Assembly (NCBI GenBank): GCA_934692675.1
Contig: CAKUUD010000002.1
Coordinates: 173,036-237,035, forward strand
Length of the DNA stretch: 64,000 nucleotides
DNA from: an uncultured Eubacteriales bacterium
Lineage (GTDB): Bacteria > Bacillota > Clostridia > Oscillospirales > Acutalibacteraceae
Reading direction: 5' to 3'
Position 1 is the stretch's first letter, and the number at the start of each line of letters is the position of its first letter. Positions 59,669-64,000 of the stretch are shown here, in pieces. Both the position numbers and the translations under genes were made by a program. A model generated the notes under the pieces. The model saw only the letters and a program-made list of their open reading frames with translations. It made no database searches and had not been told where the DNA came from.

Positions 59669-61204
59669 GTGATAAATATTAACAAGATAGATTATTTCAA
59701 AGAAACCTATATTCATAATGAAAACAAGCTAAGCAAAGAAAAAATAAAATTTTTTTCAAAATCACTAGTTGAAAATATAGAATATTTTAAAAGAAAATTT
59801 CACGATAGCGCCGACCTTTGCATTAAGTATTTAAATGTAGACAATACTCAAAGTGCAATTATAACCATTTCTGGAATGGTAAATAAAGACACTCTAACGC
59901 AGAGTGTGGTTTACCCGATTATTACGAAGGAAATTAAGGGAACGAGTCCTCTGGAAAAATTTGAGTATATAAGAGACAAAATAATAATAGCTTCTGACCA
60001 AGTTCAAGTTTCCAACTATATTGATGCTTTTGACAAAATAATGTCCGGACATGCTCTTTTTGCCATGGAAGGCTGCGATTCTATGATTGCTATAGGAGTG
60101 CAGGGATTCTCTTTCAGAGCAGTATCAGAGCCGTCATCGGAACTAATGCAACGTGGTTCCAGGGAAGGCTTTGTGGAGGCAATAGCAGTAAATATGACAC
60201 TTATACGAAGAAGGCTAAAGAGTCCGGATTTAAAATTTGAAATGTCAAAACTAGGAACAGTCAGTAAAACATCAATTTGCCTTTGCTATATGGAAAATAA
60301 GGTTTCTCCGGAAATACTAAAAAAGATAAAAGATAAATTAAAAAATATAAATTTAGAAATGGTAATAGAATCCGGGTATGTGATTCCATATTTGGAAGAT
60401 CAAGGAGATTTTTCATTATTCAGCGGAATAGGAATGACCGAACGCCCTGATACGGTTTGCGGAAAAATCTCGGAAGGCAGGGTAGCAATATTAATAGATG
60501 GAACTCCTAACGCATTGCTTGTACCATATATTTTCGTAGAATATTTCCAGCATTTGGACGATTATTCCATGCACACGTATTTTGCAACTTTTACAAGGTG
60601 GCTCAAATATTTGGCTTTTTTTATGTCTACTCTTCTTCCGGGACTATATGTTGGGATAAGTACGTTTAATCCGGAGATATTACCCGGACCCATACTAAAT
60701 AAAATAGCATTGGCTGTAGGAACAACCCCTTTTTCACTTATGACAGAAACAATATTTATACATCTTATATATGAAATAATGCGTGAAGCCGGACTAAGAA
60801 TTCCAAGACCTCTTGGACATGCAGTGAGTATAGTCGGAGCTCTTGTTATAGGCGAAACAGCGGTAAGTTCCGGGCTTATAGGTGCTCCGACGCTTATGGT
60901 GGTTGCTCTAACGGCTATTTCGTCATATGTAATACCCAATCTATACGAACCTATTTCTATTCTGAAATTTATATTTATAATAACGGGAGGATTACTTGGA
61001 ATATGGGGAATCATGATTGTATTTACGGCAATTTTAATAAATATATGTTCGAAAAATTCCTACGGAGTACCGTTTACTTCTCCAATAGCTCCGTTTAATA
61101 TTTTTGCCATGAGAGATGTTTTAATCAGAAGCGGATGGAGCTTTTTAAGTAAAAAAAATATAAGAGTACAAAATTTACCCGGTTCTGAAGTTAAAGATAA
61201 ATAA
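59669..61204 (+). CDS. Spore germination receptor A subunit (GerA/GerKA family)
   Basis: 511 aa with conserved GerA-family core and C-terminal TM segments; first gene of A-B-C operon. Confidence 0.85.
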   Translation: MININKIDYFKETYIHNENKLSKEKIKFFSKSLVENIEYFKRKFHDSADLCIKYLNVDNTQSAIITISGMVNKDTLTQSVVYPIITKEIKGTSPLEKFEYIRDKIIIASDQVQVSNYIDAFDKIMSGHALFAMEGCDSMIAIGVQGFSFRAVSEPSSELMQRGSREGFVEAIAVNMTLIRRRLKSPDLKFEMSKLGTVSKTSICLCYMENKVSPEILKKIKDKLKNINLEMVIESGYVIPYLEDQGDFSLFSGIGMTERPDTVCGKISEGRVAILIDGTPNALLVPYIFVEYFQHLDDYSMHTYFATFTRWLKYLAFFMSTLLPGLYVGISTFNPEILPGPILNKIALAVGTTPFSLMTETIFIHLIYEIMREAGLRIPRPLGHAVSIVGALVIGETAVSSGLIGAPTLMVVALTAISSYVIPNLYEPISILKFIFIITGGLLGIWGIMIVFTAILINICSKNSYGVPFTSPIAPFNIFAMRDVLIRSGWSFLSKKNIRVQNLPGSEVKDK

Positions 61205-61224
61205 TTATATGGGAGAAAAAATTT

Positions 61225-62307
61225 ATGGAAAAACGACCTTCTATATCTGTAGGACAAATATTTTCCATGCTGTTTATAAGCAGAATGGTAGTGAGTATGA
61301 CGTACGGCACACTCCTTATAGGAGATTCTGACATTTGGGATCATTTGATTTCCGCTCCTATTTCATTTTTATTAACATTTTTGCTGGTTTATCCTGTATA
61401 TAGATTATTTTTGATGGATAAAAAAATGAATGTCATGGATAACGCATATTCCCTGATGGGAAAATGGGGGATGTGTATAATTTTAATATACGTAATATAT
61501 TACTTGGTGATAAGCGTCCATACTTTATCGGTTTTTAATAATTTTATATCCAATGCTGTAAACCCGCCTATTTCGCTTTCGCTCCTTTCAATAGTTTTAT
61601 TAATATCATGTTGTTATGCGGCATATAAGGGATTGGAATCGCTAGCACGTACATCAAGTTTTATACTTTGTGCTACGATAATATCTATATTTTTTCTTAC
61701 AATATCTTTGCTTTCCAGCATAGAAAAAATAAACTTTACACCTTTTATGTACAACGGGAAAGAATCTGTCAAAGAAGGAATATTTTATATGATTTCACAA
61801 AGTTCCTGCATCCCTGCAATGGCAATGCTTCTTCCGATGGGTAGAGGAACCAAATGGAAAGGAATTTTAATATGGAATTCTTGTATATACGTTGTGTTTT
61901 CGCTGATAATAATTCTGATTATAGGAAGCATGGGTGATTTCACCTATACACAATTATTCCCGGTATATACCGCCGCGGGGACGGGTAAGTTTGGATCTTT
62001 TAGGCATCTGGACGCAATGTATTTGGGCGTTTGGATCTTAGGAATATTTTTAAAATTATCATTATTTATAGTGTTAGCTTCAGAGGGAATTAAAAAAATT
62101 TTGGGAGAAAGAGCTAGCAAATACTCAGTTATAATATTTGGAATTCTTTTAATGCTTCCGACATTTTTTCCGAATCTTTTTGGCATTTTAAAAAGTAGCG
62201 CTACAACAACATTTCTTTTTTACTTTGTAATTTTAACTTCTGTTATATTGCCGATAATTTTAATAATTTTAAAAAAATTAGGAATTCGAAAGGAACACGT
62301 AATTTGA
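61225..62307 (+). CDS. Spore germination receptor B subunit (GerAB/APC-type permease)
   Basis: 360 aa, about 10 TM; operon position. Confidence 0.8.
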   Translation: MEKRPSISVGQIFSMLFISRMVVSMTYGTLLIGDSDIWDHLISAPISFLLTFLLVYPVYRLFLMDKKMNVMDNAYSLMGKWGMCIILIYVIYYLVISVHTLSVFNNFISNAVNPPISLSLLSIVLLISCCYAAYKGLESLARTSSFILCATIISIFFLTISLLSSIEKINFTPFMYNGKESVKEGIFYMISQSSCIPAMAMLLPMGRGTKWKGILIWNSCIYVVFSLIIILIIGSMGDFTYTQLFPVYTAAGTGKFGSFRHLDAMYLGVWILGIFLKLSLFIVLASEGIKKILGERASKYSVIIFGILLMLPTFFPNLFGILKSSATTTFLFYFVILTSVILPIILIILKKLGIRKEHVI

Positions 62308-63410
62308 AAACGAAAAATATATTTATGGGATTAATAGTATGTTTAAGCTTTTTATTACTGACGGGGTGCTCCGAAGGCCAACAATTACACCAAAAATTAA
62401 TTATCCAAGGGATAGGTATAGATAATTCAGAAAATGGCTATTTGCTAACTGTACAAGCGTTGGATTTTAAAAACCCAGCCAACGAAGATGAACCCAATAT
62501 AAAAAATATAGAAGTTGAAGGGACTTCTCTCGTTAGTGCGCTAGAGAATATATCCAAAAAGACCAGTTTGACTCCTGTTTATTCCCAGAACATGATAATA
62601 ATTATAGGAGAAAGCATAGCAAAAAATGGAGTAGATAAATTCATGGATTTTTTTGTAAGGCACTGCGAGGCAAGACCCAAGGTTAAGTTATGCGTAGTTG
62701 AAGACAAAGCCTCGGAGTATTTTAAAATTAAGCACAATAACAAACTAATAAAAGCTAAAGATATACACGATTTGATTCCGGATGCTCTTAACTCAGATAT
62801 ACTACATTTTGTGTCAAGTTTAAAAAATAAAATAAGCGATCCGTATCTTGCGTGTTTGGGTACAGAAAAATCCGAATCGGAAAAAAATATAATTCTAAGA
62901 GGAGTAGCAGTTTTTTCAAATGAAATTTTCAAAAGTTATCTTCATGATAATGATTTTTTAGGATTCATGATTCTTAAAGGAGTACCTGAATGCGGTACAT
63001 GCAAAATTCATGATGAAACTTTGGGTCAAATTACATGCTCGGTAAATAAAGTTGAGTCTCAAACTCGTGTTATAAATGATAATTCTGATTCTCCTTCATT
63101 TGATATAAATTTAAAAGTAAAAGCATCCGCTTTTTCGATAGACAATAAATTTGATACATGTTTTGATGAAAATTTAAAGAATTCTATAGCAGAAAAATTG
63201 TCAAAAAAAATAACCGACATATGTTATGCGGTTATTCATAAAACTACCGATATGGAAACGGATATTTTAAATTTGGGAAGAACTTTAAAAAATTCAAATC
63301 CCGAAGTATTTAAGAAAATAGAAAAGGAATGGTCTCGAAATCTTTCTAAATGTCAATATAATTTGTCTGCAAATACAGAAGTAATTATAACAGGAAAAGA
63401 GCCTATTTAA
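62304..63410 (+). CDS. Spore germination receptor C subunit lipoprotein (Ger(x)C)
   Basis: Lipobox LLTGCSEG; operon position; overlaps B-subunit stop. Confidence 0.8.
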   Translation: MKTKNIFMGLIVCLSFLLLTGCSEGQQLHQKLIIQGIGIDNSENGYLLTVQALDFKNPANEDEPNIKNIEVEGTSLVSALENISKKTSLTPVYSQNMIIIIGESIAKNGVDKFMDFFVRHCEARPKVKLCVVEDKASEYFKIKHNNKLIKAKDIHDLIPDALNSDILHFVSSLKNKISDPYLACLGTEKSESEKNIILRGVAVFSNEIFKSYLHDNDFLGFMILKGVPECGTCKIHDETLGQITCSVNKVESQTRVINDNSDSPSFDINLKVKASAFSIDNKFDTCFDENLKNSIAEKLSKKITDICYAVIHKTTDMETDILNLGRTLKNSNPEVFKKIEKEWSRNLSKCQYNLSANTEVIITGKEPI

Positions 63411-64000
63411 ATAAGAGAATCCTCTTCAAAAATTTTGCTGTGAATCATATTAAGAGCTTGATGTCCGGCGCTGGAAGGAATTATTACAGATACTCTTTTT
63501 TCTGTGCATGCAACCATTTCGTAATTAATATTTGCTTCAGACAATACTTCAAACATGATGGACGCGATATTTATATTAAAGCTTTCCGAAACGTTTACGA
63601 CTGAAATTTGTGATTTATCTTTTTCATAAAATATTTTAGAATCTTCTACCCCTAAATTATTTTTCAATATTTTTAAAGTATCAGATAAATTTTCCTCTTT
63701 TACTACAAATATTATTTTATTTTTATCCGTTTTACCTATAGGCATCAAATTCATGTCTATTGATATATTATTGGATTTAAGCTCCGAATTAATAGTACTG
63801 AACGATAAATTTATGTTGGCAATATCTGTGAGTATAATCTTTACCATATCGTTTAAAATTGCAACTCCACTTGCCGAATGTGTGTTTTTCCTCGGAATGT
63901 TTTCAACTATGGTTCCTTTGGAATTTTCTGAAAGGCTGGAGAGAACTTCCACTTTTACATTATTATTTTTAGCAATCTCTATGGATCGGTCATTAAGGAC
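63407..64000 (-). CDS. Aspartate kinase, C-terminal ACT-domain portion (gene continues beyond window end)
   Basis: ACT-domain blocks (IASIMFEVLSEANINYEMVACTEKRVSVIIPSSAGHQALNMIHSKIF); open reading frame still open at 64000 on minus strand. Confidence 0.7.
   Translation of the reverse strand, partial: VLNDRSIEIAKNNNVKVEVLSSLSENSKGTIVENIPRKNTHSASGVAILNDMVKIILTDIANINLSFSTINSELKSNNISIDMNLMPIGKTDKNKIIFVVKEENLSDTLKILKNNLGVEDSKIFYEKDKSQISVVNVSESFNINIASIMFEVLSEANINYEMVACTEKRVSVIIPSSAGHQALNMIHSKIFEEDSLI

Noticed and set aside
1-64000. CRISPR arrays, insertion sequences, transposases, integrases, rRNA operons
   Set aside because: The window was scanned for regularly spaced direct repeats and for transposase/integrase-like ORFs. 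None was found.

Overview
Low-GC (about 30% GC) Firmicutes chromosome segment, most likely a spore-forming Clostridia-type organism. Evidence for spore formation is a GerA-family germinant receptor operon, a SpoVB-like flippase, a CwlC-like amidase and an alanine dehydrogenase; sortase motif IPKTG, RuvCAB and ECF transporter modules also fit this lineage. Coding density is high and most of the window is core housekeeping: a flippase / FHA-fused SEDS / class B PBP peptidoglycan module, an ABC-2 transporter, lgt, an M16 peptidase pair, cdd, split transketolase, glmU-prs-pth, tlyA-nadK, pduL, rsmH-ftsL, ftsEX with an M23 activator, comFC, nth, SRP RNA-dnaX-ybaB-recR, yhaO/yhaN-like SbcCD, truA-ecfTA2A1, glmM, ruvCAB, recD2 and radC. 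No CRISPR array, insertion sequence, integrase or rRNA was found. The most unusual content is an accessory-looking block at about 45.5-56.2 kb. It holds a TM2-domain protein and a 740-aa orphan protein whose promoter carries a (TA)9-10 dinucleotide repeat exactly in the -35/-10 spacer, a candidate phase-variation switch. Next are an IPKTG sortase-anchored surface protein and a pair of genes that both carry Sec-type signal peptides: a histidine-decarboxylase-family PLP decarboxylase and a eukaryote-type (human WARS1-like) tryptophanyl-tRNA synthetase. These are followed by a structured leader with tandem terminator hairpins and a PF04392-type (TrpXYZ-like) ABC transporter. Further right are a CwlC/CD27L-like amidase with a SPOR domain, two tRNA-Ser genes, a gerA-type operon and the 3' end of an aspartokinase gene running off the window.
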